Shown in pieces: positions 1-13,241 of a stretch of 64,000 bases of DNA (positions are counted from its first letter, which is position 1; the number at the start of each line of letters is the position of its first letter). The translations under genes and the position numbers were made by a program. Source of the DNA: an uncultured Spirochaetaceae bacterium. GTDB taxonomy: Bacteria > Spirochaetota > Spirochaetia > Sphaerochaetales > Sphaerochaetaceae. Location of the stretch: NCBI GenBank assembly GCA_900321635.1, contig ONWV01000002.1, positions 1,964 through 65,963 of the forward strand. The letters are read 5' to 3'. Below the pieces are notes generated by a model. The model was not told where the DNA came from. It saw nothing but the letters and a program-made list of their open reading frames with translations, and ran no database searches.

Positions 1-1036
1 AAGGTATGCGGACCCTGCCGCAGTTGAAAAGTACAGCACTGACGATATTGATACGGTATGCAGGACAATCCGTAAAAAGCTGATTGCGGGAGTCGAAAAG
101 CGCCTTGATTCCGATGCCCCTGTGGGCTTTCTGCTTTCAGGCGGACTTGATTCAAGCCTTGTGTGCGCAATTTCATCTGGCATTCTCAAAAAGAAGATAA
201 AGACTTTCGCTATCGGCATGGATACCGATCCCATAGACCTTCGCTACGCAAGGCAGGTTGCAGACTACATCGGAAGCGACCACATGGAAGTCTATATGAC
301 AATTGAAGATGTTCTTGAGAATCTTGAGACCGTAATATCCATTTTGGGAACATGGGACATCACCACAATCCGTGCCAGCATGGGAATGTATCTGTGCTGT
401 AAGGCCATTCATGAGAAGACCGCTGTCAAGGTCCTTCTGACAGGCGAGATTTCCGATGAGCTTTTCGGCTACAAGTACACGGATTTCGCACCTGATGCCG
501 CATCGTTTCAGGCCGAGGCCCAAAAGCGCATCCGCGAGCTTCATTATTACGATGTTCTCAGAGCCGACAGGTGCATTTCGGACAATACTCTGGAAGCCCG
601 CGTTCCGTTCGGGGACCTGGACTTTGTCAGATATGTCATGTCCGTGAATCCTGAGCTGAAGATGAACAGGTACAACATGGGAAAGTACCTGTTAAGAAAG
701 GCATTTTCCGATGACCATATTCTGCCTGAGGAGATTCTTTGGCGCCAGAAGGCCGCTTTCTCCGATGCCGTAGGCCACAGCATGGTGGACGGTCTTAAGG
801 CTTATGCAGAAATGAAGTATTCGGATGATGAGTTCGAGAAGAAAAGAAAGCTGTACGGCTATTGCACTCCGTTTACCAAGGAGAGCCTTCTGTACAGGGA
901 GATATTTGAAAAGCATTATCCGGGACAGGAGGAGATGATTCCTGATTTCTGGATGCCGAACAAGAGCTGGAAGGGCTGTGATGTGAACGATCCTTCGGCA
1001 AGGGTTCTTTCAAACTACGGGGCAAGCGGAGTCTGA
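1..1036 (+). CDS. asnB: asparagine synthase (glutamine-hydrolysing), C-terminal synthetase part; 5' end outside window
   Basis: Frame 2 is open from the window edge (RYADPAAVEKY...DSDAPVGFLLSGGLDSSLV). It carries the PP-loop SGGxDS and the asparagine-synthase C-terminal domain. Stop TGA at 1034-1036. Confidence 0.85.
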   Translation, partial: RYADPAAVEKYSTDDIDTVCRTIRKKLIAGVEKRLDSDAPVGFLLSGGLDSSLVCAISSGILKKKIKTFAIGMDTDPIDLRYARQVADYIGSDHMEVYMTIEDVLENLETVISILGTWDITTIRASMGMYLCCKAIHEKTAVKVLLTGEISDELFGYKYTDFAPDAASFQAEAQKRIRELHYYDVLRADRCISDNTLEARVPFGDLDFVRYVMSVNPELKMNRYNMGKYLLRKAFSDDHILPEEILWRQKAAFSDAVGHSMVDGLKAYAEMKYSDDEFEKKRKLYGYCTPFTKESLLYREIFEKHYPGQEEMIPDFWMPNKSWKGCDVNDPSARVLSNYGASGV

Positions 1037-1050
1037 CAGGGGGTGGAGAG

Positions 1051-5545
<4,495 letters not shown>

Positions 5546-5594
5546 ACCGCAATTTTACATGAGGAATGCCGAGTTGTACAGCGAAATTATCAGA

Positions 5595-5662
5595 ATTTTT
5601 GCAAAAATGAGAATTTGTTGACAAAATTTTGATAACTGCTATCAAAAAAATGTAAAATTTTG
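5595..5662. promoter_or_regulatory. deoR/fba divergent control region: palindromes, direct repeats and a candidate fba promoter
   Basis: Perfect 14-bp palindrome ATTTTTGCAAAAAT at 5595-5608. TTGACA (5618-5623), a 16-nt spacer, then TATCAA (5640-5645). Inverted repeat TTGATA-5-TATCAA at 5629-5645. Direct repeat AAAATTTTG at 5623-5631 and 5654-5662. Confidence 0.35.
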
Positions 5663-5712
5663 CTTTACAAATCGAAAAACTGATACTAGAGTAGAAACAG
5701 GAGGGCTTATTA

Positions 5713-6579
5713 ATGAAGCTTGTTTCTGCTAAGGAAATGCTGGATGATGCCGTAAAAGGCCATTATGCAGTAGGACATTTCAATCTCAACAATATGGAGA
5801 GCGTAAGAGCGTTTCTCCTTGCTGCACAGGAAGTTAAATCCCCGATAATCCTCGGTGTCTCCGGTGGAACCGCCAAGTACATGGGCGGATACCGCACCAT
5901 AACCGACATGGTTCAGGGATTCATCAACTTCCTCGATATCACTGTACCTGTCTCACTTCATGTGGACCACGGCAAATATGCCGAAGCTCTGGATGCTATT
6001 GAGAACGGATTCTCATCCGTCATGTTCGACGGCTCGTCGCTTCCTATTGAAGAGAACGTTGAGAAGACCAAAGAGGTCGTAAGGCTTGCCCATGCAAAAG
6101 GCATCAGCGTAGAGGCTGAAGTCGGTGGAATCGGCGGTGAAGAGGACGGCCGCAGCTTCCGCGGTGAATGCGCGGACCCCAAGCAGTGTAAGATGATCGC
6201 TGATCTGGGAATTGATTTTCTGGCAGCCGGAATCGGAAACATCCACGGAAAGTATCCTGCAGACTGGGAAGGCCTGCACTTTGATGTTCTTGAGGCCATC
6301 AAGAAGGAAATAGGGGATCTTCCTCTGGTCCTTCACGGCGGTTCGATGATTCCTGATGACCAGATCAAAAAGGCCATCAGAAACGGAGTTGCCAAGATCA
6401 ACGTCAACACCGAGTGTCAGATCGCCTTCACAGAGGCAACAAGAAAATACTTTGAAGAGAACCGCGACAAGGAGAGCAAGGGCTTTACCCCAAGAGCAGT
6501 CCTTGGTCCGGGACTCGAAGCTACAAAAGCCATGTGCATCAAGAAGATGACCCTCTTCGGAAGCATCGGGAAGGCATGA
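5713..6579 (+). CDS. fba: class II ketose-bisphosphate aldolase (fructose-/tagatose-1,6-bisphosphate aldolase family)
   Basis: 288 aa with motifs GHFNLNN, SLHVDHG and LVLHGGS. AGGAGGG SD at 5699-5705. Confidence 0.85.
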   Translation: MKLVSAKEMLDDAVKGHYAVGHFNLNNMESVRAFLLAAQEVKSPIILGVSGGTAKYMGGYRTITDMVQGFINFLDITVPVSLHVDHGKYAEALDAIENGFSSVMFDGSSLPIEENVEKTKEVVRLAHAKGISVEAEVGGIGGEEDGRSFRGECADPKQCKMIADLGIDFLAAGIGNIHGKYPADWEGLHFDVLEAIKKEIGDLPLVLHGGSMIPDDQIKKAIRNGVAKINVNTECQIAFTEATRKYFEENRDKESKGFTPRAVLGPGLEATKAMCIKKMTLFGSIGKA

Positions 6580-7397
6580 TGAGAGACTTTGATTTTCTTT
6601 CAAAGAAGGCAAGACAGCTCAGAGTCGATACTCTGGACATGATCCTCAAGGCAGGATCCGGTCATGTGGGCGGATCTTTTTCCATCGCCGAGCTTCTTGT
6701 CGCCCTTTACTATGACAAAATGAATCTGGGAAAGGGTGCATCTGATCCTGACAGAGACAGATTCGTTCTATCAAAGGGTCATGCAAACCCCATCCTCTAT
6801 GCCGTTCTTATGGACATAGGCTTTGCACCCAAGGATGCAAAAGACAAGCTCAGACGTTACGGAAGCCCGTTCCAGGGTCATCCGGACAGCACAAAGTGCC
6901 CCGGTCTTGACTGCAGTACAGGCTCTTTGGGACAGGGTCTGAGCGTAGCAACAGGCATGGCTCTGGGGCTTAAGAAGCTCCGCCGCCCTGGTCAGGTCTA
7001 TGTGATTACCGGTGACGGAGAGCTTCAGGAAGGAATCTGCTGGGAAGCCTTCATGGCGGCCAATGCATTCGCTTTGGACAATCTGACTGTCATAATCGAC
7101 AGAAACAGACTTCAGCTCAGCGCTCCCACAGAGGAGACCAATCCGCTTGACAGTGTGGAGGAGAAGCTCAAGAGCTTCAACTTTGCAGTAGATTCGATAG
7201 ACGGTCATGATTTTGAGCAGATTTTCAGAGCTTTGGACAAGAAGACTGCGGGAAAGCCCCACTGCATAGTAGCCAACACGGTGAAAGGCAAGGGTGTTTC
7301 CTTCATGGAAAACGGTGTGAAGTGGCACGGAGCACTCCCTGCGGGTGATGAGATTGCCGCTGCATACAGGGAACTGGGGGTAGAGTATGGCAAATAA
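6576..7397 (+). CDS. transketolase, N-terminal (TPP-binding) subunit
   Basis: GSGHVGGSFSIAELLVALYY and GDGELQEG motifs. The start ATG 6576 overlaps the fba stop (ATGA). The ORF-track start 6534 lies inside fba. Confidence 0.9.
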   Translation: MMRDFDFLSKKARQLRVDTLDMILKAGSGHVGGSFSIAELLVALYYDKMNLGKGASDPDRDRFVLSKGHANPILYAVLMDIGFAPKDAKDKLRRYGSPFQGHPDSTKCPGLDCSTGSLGQGLSVATGMALGLKKLRRPGQVYVITGDGELQEGICWEAFMAANAFALDNLTVIIDRNRLQLSAPTEETNPLDSVEEKLKSFNFAVDSIDGHDFEQIFRALDKKTAGKPHCIVANTVKGKGVSFMENGVKWHGALPAGDEIAAAYRELGVEYGK

Positions 7398-8325
7398 GGA
7401 AGCTACCAGATTCGGTTTCTATGAGGGTTTGGTCGATCTTGCGAAGGTCCACGATGACATCTATGCACTGGATGCGGATCTTGCAAAGACAACGGGGTCT
7501 GTCGCGTTCCAGAAGGCTTTTCCTGAAAGATACATCGATGTAGGAATTGCAGAGCAGAACATGGTGGGAATCTCTGCAGGACTTAGCAAGGTCGGAATCG
7601 TACCGTTTTGCGCATCCATGGCGGTCTTTGTCGCAGGCCGTGCATTTGAAATAATCCGTAACGGTGTGTGCTATTCACGCCTTAATGTGAAGATTGTGGG
7701 AAGCCACGGCGGAATCACAGCAGCAGGAGACGGCGGAAGCCATCAGTGTGTGGAGGACATCGGAATCATGCGTTCTCTGCCCAACATGGTCGTCCTTCAG
7801 CCCTGTGACTCGAACCAGGCAAGGCTTATTGCCAAGATGGCCTATGAGCATAACGGTCCTGTCTACATCAGGACATCCCGAGAGCCCATGGAGAACATCA
7901 CAAGCCTTGATGATGAGATCACGCTTGGCAAGATCCAGACACTCAGAGAGGGAAAGGATCTTTGCATCATCGCATCAGGCATGATGACATGTCTTGCTTA
8001 CCAGGCTCTGGATATTCTGAAAGAGAAGGGCATCAGTGCCTCTCTTGTGAACATCCACACAATCAAGCCATTTGACAAGGACGGCGTTATTGCCGCAGTC
8101 AGAAAGGCCGGAAAGAGAGTCCTTGTATGCGAGGAGTCCAACATGGTCTGCGGACTAACCGAGGCTGTGGCAAGCTCACTTGTTGAGGAAGACGGAATCA
8201 GGATTTCACATGTCGCAATAGAGGACCGCTTCGGACAGTCAGGTGCCACGGGCGAGCTTCTTGAGGCTTATGGAATCACCAAGGAAAACATTGCCGCAAA
8301 GGCGATGGAGCTTTGCAGAAGGTAG
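7387..8325 (+). CDS. transketolase, C-terminal (pyrimidine-binding) subunit
   Basis: 312 aa with the DVGIAEQNMVG motif. It overlaps the preceding subunit gene by 11 nt, the typical split-transketolase pair arrangement. Confidence 0.9.
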   Translation: MANKEATRFGFYEGLVDLAKVHDDIYALDADLAKTTGSVAFQKAFPERYIDVGIAEQNMVGISAGLSKVGIVPFCASMAVFVAGRAFEIIRNGVCYSRLNVKIVGSHGGITAAGDGGSHQCVEDIGIMRSLPNMVVLQPCDSNQARLIAKMAYEHNGPVYIRTSREPMENITSLDDEITLGKIQTLREGKDLCIIASGMMTCLAYQALDILKEKGISASLVNIHTIKPFDKDGVIAAVRKAGKRVLVCEESNMVCGLTEAVASSLVEEDGIRISHVAIEDRFGQSGATGELLEAYGITKENIAAKAMELCRR

Positions 8326-8337
8326 ACGGAGGATTCT

Positions 8338-9252
8338 TTGAGAGAGTTTCAGATTGTCGGGGTAGGATACAGCTGTGTTGATATGATCTGCATGGTTGAT
8401 GATTACCCTGTTGAGAACAGCTCGACTCATATAACATCCAGAATCACCCAGGGCGGAGGGGCATCGGCCACAGCAATAGTGGCGGCCTCAAGGCTCGGTT
8501 CAGAATGCGCCTTCATCGGAAATCTCGGAAATGACATGGTTTCGGATGAGTGCATAAGGATGTTCAAGGAGGAGGGGGTCTGCACCGACTATCTGATAAA
8601 GCGTGATGACTGCTTCGGTCTTGAGTCTTTTGTGATGGTGGACCCTAAAAGCGGGTCCAGGACAAAGTTCCCCCAGAGGGATTTCAATCCGCCCATCCTG
8701 TGGACAGAGGAGCTTAGGGATGTCATCAGAAACTGCAGCGTCGTGCATCTTGACGGAACACACTATGAGAATGCACTGAACGCCGCAAAGATCGCCAAGG
8801 AGTACGGGGTTACGGTTTCGCTTGACGGATGCTCGATGCAGACTGACAACGAGAAGAACATAGCCCTGGCTACATTGGCGGATATACTGATTATGAACAG
8901 TAAATATCCGTTGCGTGTGAGCGGAAAGTCCACTTATAATGATGCTCTGACAGAGATGTCAAAGTGGGGAAGAAAAAAGATCGTCGGATGTACCCTTGGA
9001 GAGGATGGAAGTAAGTTCCTTATTGACGGTGAGGTTGTTGATTTCCCCAGCTTCAAGGCTCCCAAGGTGGTTGATACCACAGGTTGCGGAGATGTATTTC
9101 ACGGATCTTTTCTCAGCGCATATGTATCGGGTATGGACCTGGCAAGCTGCATAAGGTTTGCAAGTGCAACTGCAAGCTGTAAGTGTGCAGTCCCAGGAGG
9201 CAGGGCCGGAATTCCCGACAGAAAGACGGTTCTGAAAATGATAGGGGAATAA
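8338..9252 (+). CDS. PfkB/ribokinase-family sugar (phosphate) kinase
   Basis: 304 aa with a TTG start preceded by a GGAGGA SD (8327-8332). N-terminal GVGYSCVDM and C-terminal DTTGCGDVFHGSF (the PfkB DTxGAGD signature). Confidence 0.85.
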   Translation: MREFQIVGVGYSCVDMICMVDDYPVENSSTHITSRITQGGGASATAIVAASRLGSECAFIGNLGNDMVSDECIRMFKEEGVCTDYLIKRDDCFGLESFVMVDPKSGSRTKFPQRDFNPPILWTEELRDVIRNCSVVHLDGTHYENALNAAKIAKEYGVTVSLDGCSMQTDNEKNIALATLADILIMNSKYPLRVSGKSTYNDALTEMSKWGRKKIVGCTLGEDGSKFLIDGEVVDFPSFKAPKVVDTTGCGDVFHGSFLSAYVSGMDLASCIRFASATASCKCAVPGGRAGIPDRKTVLKMIGE

Positions 9253-9288
9253 CTACACAGAAGGTGTAGAAAAGAAAAGGAGAAAAAT

Positions 9289-10329
9289 ATGAAGAAAGCA
9301 TTGATGATTTTGCTTATCGCTCTGGTTGCAATGACAGCCATCTTCGCACAGGCCGCTTCCGAGCAGAAGGCCGGTGGATCCGGAGACCTGATTCTTTACA
9401 CAACCGTGAGCCAGGCACACTACGACATTGCCATCGCAAAGTTCAACGAGCTCTACCCGAACATCACTGTTTATTACACATACGGTGGTGCAGGTGACTG
9501 CAAGGCAAGAATCCAGGCTGAGGCTGCAAACCCGCAGGCCGACGCAATGTTCGGCGGACTTCAGTATGCCGACCTCGCTGCATACGGCGATCTGTTTGAG
9601 ACCTATGTCAGCAAGAACGACGCAAAGATGCAGGAAGGCTACCACAATGATTCCGGTAAGCTCACATTCCACGACATCCAGATTCCTGTCATGGTCGTAA
9701 ACGATGCTCTTGAGAAGGAGCTCGGAATCAAGGTCACAGGATGGGCATCACTTCTTGATCCGAAACTCTACGGAAAGGTTGTCATGGCCAACCCGACATC
9801 CTCTTCATCAGCTTGGAACAACCTCCAGTGCCTGCTGACAGACTTCGGCGGCTGGGACAGTGACGCAGCTTGGGATTACATCGCAAAGCTCATGCAGAAC
9901 GGTCTTGTCGTTGTCAGCTCATCTTCAGTTCCCGGAAAGTCAACACTCGCCGGTGAGTATGCTGTCGGTCTCTCATATGAGCCTGCAATCGTAAAGCTTC
10001 TTGATGCCGGAACAACCGGTGGCCACATGGTCTACTGGGAAGAGGGTGTCACAAGCGTCGGATTCGCTTCAGCAATCATCAAGGGTGCTAAGAACCTTGA
10101 GAACGCAAAGCTGTTCATGGACTTCCTCCAGAGCGATGCAGGACAGCAGTCCTACCTCGATGCTGCAGCAAGACCTGCAACAACAACAAAGCTTTCTGGC
10201 GGCAGCGCAAGAATGGTTGATATCGACACAATCAACTACAAGGTCGCTGACACAGAGGCTCTTGCAAACAACAAGGCAGCTATCTGCGACAAGTGGAACG
10301 AGTACTGGGCAAAGTACGGAAAGAACTGA
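9289..10329 (+). CDS. ABC transporter periplasmic substrate-binding protein, Fbp/Afu/PotD-like class
   Basis: 346 aa with a Cys-less signal peptide (MKKALMILLIALVAMTAIFAQA|AS) and an AAGGAG SD. It is followed by an ATPase and a duplicated permease, the Fbp/Afu/Thi architecture. Confidence 0.8.
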   Translation: MKKALMILLIALVAMTAIFAQAASEQKAGGSGDLILYTTVSQAHYDIAIAKFNELYPNITVYYTYGGAGDCKARIQAEAANPQADAMFGGLQYADLAAYGDLFETYVSKNDAKMQEGYHNDSGKLTFHDIQIPVMVVNDALEKELGIKVTGWASLLDPKLYGKVVMANPTSSSSAWNNLQCLLTDFGGWDSDAAWDYIAKLMQNGLVVVSSSSVPGKSTLAGEYAVGLSYEPAIVKLLDAGTTGGHMVYWEEGVTSVGFASAIIKGAKNLENAKLFMDFLQSDAGQQSYLDAAARPATTTKLSGGSARMVDIDTINYKVADTEALANNKAAICDKWNEYWAKYGKN

Positions 10330-10345
10330 TTTCAGTTCGGATAAC

Positions 10346-10373
10346 TTTGTGGCCCCGATTGCGGGGCCACAAA
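10346..10373 (+). terminator. intercistronic stem-loop / partial terminator after the SBP gene
   Basis: An 11-bp stem TTTGTGGCCCC / GGGGCCACAAA with a 6-nt loop. Only a short T-run follows. Confidence 0.5.
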
Positions 10374-10421
10374 ATTTGTCCTTCTTAAAGGACGCAAACT
10401 AATTAGCGGAGTTGATGTAAT

Positions 10422-13151
10422 ATGGATGTCAAAATCACGATAAATAATGCAGTAAAGAAGTATGGCGATTTCGTAGCCATTCCGGATTTGTCCCTGGAGA
10501 TTCAGCCGGGAGAGTTCTTCACCCTTCTTGGACCTTCAGGATGTGGAAAGACAACTCTGCTCAGAATGATTGCCGGATTCAACTCAATCGAAGGCGGAAC
10601 CTTCTACTTCGGAGACCGTCTTATCAACGACCTTGATCCGTCAAAGAGAAACATCGGAATGGTGTTCCAGAACTACGCAATCTTTCCACACCTCACAGTA
10701 AGAAAGAACGTTGCTTTCGGACTTAAGAACAGAAAGCTTCCGAAAGATGTCATAAAAGCAAAGACCGACGAGTTCATGTCACTTATGAAGATCTCCGAGT
10801 ATGCGGACCGTCTTCCTGAGAAGCTCTCAGGCGGACAGCAGCAGAGAGTCGCTTTGGCAAGAGCTCTGGCCATCGAGCCCGAGGTCCTTCTGATGGACGA
10901 GCCTCTTTCGAACCTCGATGCAAAGCTCAGAGTCGAGATGAGAACCGTCATCAAGGAGATTCAGAACAGACTCGGAATCACAACAGTCTACGTAACCCAC
11001 GACCAGGAAGAGGCTATGGCTGTTTCTGACAGAATCGCCGTCATGAATCTGGGTGTGATCCAGCAGATCGGAACTCCCAAGACTCTGTATCAGAGACCTG
11101 CGAACCTCTTTGTCGCAACCTTCATCGGACGCACGAACCTTCTGGATGCAACAGTCAAGGTTGAAGGGAAGGACAAGTTCGTCGTATTCAACAACGGCTA
11201 CAGTGTAAAGATGGACAACCTCACAGGAGTCAAGAACAATCAGAAGGTTGTTGTCTCCGTAAGACCTGAGGAACTTGTCATCAATCCGAATGCGCAAGAC
11301 GGAAGCCTTGTCGGAAAGGTCCAGTACAGCACATTCCTCGGACTGAACACACACTATGTCGTTGAGCTTGCCGACGGAACCAGAGCCGAAATCATCCAGG
11401 AATCACTGATCGACGATATCATCGAGAACGGAACCGAAAGATCAACGTCTTCACGGAAGACGGCGAGAAGACACTGGTCAAGTGAGGCTCCTATGGCAAA
11501 GAAGAGAAAATTCGATTTCTGGGTGATAATAAGCCTCGTTGTTCTGGCTCTTTATCTCCTGTTCATGGTCTATCCTCTGCTGAAGATAGTCAGACAGTCC
11601 GTTCTGGACGATAAGACCGGAGCTCTGACACTGAAGCACTTCATCAAGTTCTTCAGCCAGGAATTCTATTTCAGAACCCTGACAAACAGCTTTAAGGTCG
11701 CAATCGCAGCATGTGCCGTCTCGCTGATTCTGGGCGTACCTCTTGCATACTTTTACAACATGTACGAGATCAGAGGCCGCAAGACACTTCAGATGCTGAT
11801 CATCCTGTCCTCCATGTCAGCCCCGTTCATCGGAGCCTATGCATGGGTCAACCTTCTCGGAAGGGCGGGAGCCATCACCAAACTGATCAAATCGGTTTTC
11901 GGTGTCACGATTCCACCGATCTACGGCTTCAATGGAATTCTTTTGGTTCTGTCTCTGAAGCTGTTCCCGCTGGTCTTCATGTATTGTTCAGGTGCCATGA
12001 AGAACATAGACAAGTCGCTTCTTGAGGCATCTGCCAACATGGGAGTCAGCGGCGTCAAGAGATTCTTCAAGATTGTCATCCCACTCTGCATGCCTTCAAT
12101 CCTGGCTGCGGCCTTGATGGTCTTCATGAGAGGCATTGCGGACTTCGGAACTCCTCTTATGATCGGAGAAGGCTACACCACATTCCCGGTCATCATCTAT
12201 AACGAGTACGTAGGAGAGGTGGGAACCAACCACAACTTCGCATCGGCTATAGCCGTAATCGCAATTCTGATCACACTGGTCTTCTTCCTTGTCCAGAGAT
12301 ACCTGACAAAGAAGAACAGCTTCTCCATGAGCGCCATGAACCATGTCACCAGAAAGAAGGCAAAGCCGCTCGGAAGCTTCTTCATCCACTTCTACAGCTA
12401 CGGCCTTGTTGCCCTGGCACTGCTTCCCCAGCTCTATCTTGTCTACCTTTCATTCAGAAAGACAAACCCGAGCGGCGAGGTCTTCCAGGAGGGCTTCTCG
12501 CTTCAGAGCTACCAGTACGTGTTCAACAGAATGGGTAATACAATCTGGAATACAATCAGAATCTGCGGAATGGCACTGATTCTCATCATCATTCTTGCAA
12601 TCCTGATTTCCTATCTGACAGTCAGACGCAGAAATGTCCTGAATGCCACAATCGATACTCTTTCAATGGTTCCGTACGTAATTCCGGGTGCCGTTGTAGG
12701 TATCTCAATGATTCTTGCTTTCAACAACAGGTATCTGCCGCTGGTCGGAACCGCAGCAATCATGATCATCGCAATGTGTGTCAGAAGAATTCCGTACACC
12801 ATCAGATCATCTGTTGCAATTCTGTCCCAGATTCCTCTTTCAATCGACGAGGCTGCCGAGTCTTTGGGAGCCAGCAAGTTCAAGACCCTTGTTCAGGTAA
12901 CAATCCCGATGATGTTCAACGGCCTTTTCGCAGGTGCCATCATGAGCTGGGTCACACTGATTACAGAGCTTTCTTCTTCAATGCTTCTGTATTCATTCAA
13001 GACACAGACTCTGAACATCGCAGTCTACAAGGCCGTTGCCAACGCAACAGACGGAAGAGCCTGCGCACTTGCCACAGTCGTTTCAATCTTCACGGTCCTT
13101 TCACTGATTCTGTTCAACAAGGTTTCAAAGGACGGAGAAATCATGATGTAA
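10422..13151 (+). CDS. ABC transporter ATP-binding protein joined in frame to a 12-TM duplicated permease (as-read 909-aa ORF; probably two genes joined by a frameshift)
   Basis: Residues 1 to ~340 form the ATPase (Walker A GPSGCGKTT, signature LSGGQQQRVALARAL, Walker B LLMDEPLS). From ATG 11493 (MAKKRKFDFWVIISL) there is a 552-aa permease with two EAA loops (LLEASANMGVSG, IDEAAESLGASK). A canonical ATPase C-terminus plus TGA lies in the -1 frame at 11438-11485. Confidence 0.75.
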   Translation: MDVKITINNAVKKYGDFVAIPDLSLEIQPGEFFTLLGPSGCGKTTLLRMIAGFNSIEGGTFYFGDRLINDLDPSKRNIGMVFQNYAIFPHLTVRKNVAFGLKNRKLPKDVIKAKTDEFMSLMKISEYADRLPEKLSGGQQQRVALARALAIEPEVLLMDEPLSNLDAKLRVEMRTVIKEIQNRLGITTVYVTHDQEEAMAVSDRIAVMNLGVIQQIGTPKTLYQRPANLFVATFIGRTNLLDATVKVEGKDKFVVFNNGYSVKMDNLTGVKNNQKVVVSVRPEELVINPNAQDGSLVGKVQYSTFLGLNTHYVVELADGTRAEIIQESLIDDIIENGTERSTSSRKTARRHWSSEAPMAKKRKFDFWVIISLVVLALYLLFMVYPLLKIVRQSVLDDKTGALTLKHFIKFFSQEFYFRTLTNSFKVAIAACAVSLILGVPLAYFYNMYEIRGRKTLQMLIILSSMSAPFIGAYAWVNLLGRAGAITKLIKSVFGVTIPPIYGFNGILLVLSLKLFPLVFMYCSGAMKNIDKSLLEASANMGVSGVKRFFKIVIPLCMPSILAAALMVFMRGIADFGTPLMIGEGYTTFPVIIYNEYVGEVGTNHNFASAIAVIAILITLVFFLVQRYLTKKNSFSMSAMNHVTRKKAKPLGSFFIHFYSYGLVALALLPQLYLVYLSFRKTNPSGEVFQEGFSLQSYQYVFNRMGNTIWNTIRICGMALILIIILAILISYLTVRRRNVLNATIDTLSMVPYVIPGAVVGISMILAFNNRYLPLVGTAAIMIIAMCVRRIPYTIRSSVAILSQIPLSIDEAAESLGASKFKTLVQVTIPMMFNGLFAGAIMSWVTLITELSSSMLLYSFKTQTLNIAVYKAVANATDGRACALATVVSIFTVLSLILFNKVSKDGEIMM

Positions 13152-13186
13152 TACCGGAAAGACCGGTTATGCATACCCCCAAAAAG

Positions 13187-13224
13187 AAAGCTCCCTCGGT
13201 ATCGAAGGAGCTTTCGTTTTTTTT
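13187..13224. terminator. intrinsic terminator (bidirectional) between convergent ABC permease and symporter genes
   Basis: Stem AAAGCTCC / GGAGCTTT with a 12-nt loop and T8 downstream. An A-rich run lies upstream. Confidence 0.7.
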
Positions 13225-13241
13225 AGCTTCGGGTATGAGAA

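Noticed and set aside
6013-7328. Long antisense ORFs inside fba and the transketolase gene (6013-6612 and 6771-7328). Similar ones occur at 10827-11354, 21883-22569, 30600-31175 and 35519-36055.
   Set aside because: All lie opposite genes with strong family motifs. They have no SD and a low-complexity, Cys/Arg/Ser-rich composition. These are typical shadow ORFs of moderately GC-rich coding DNA.
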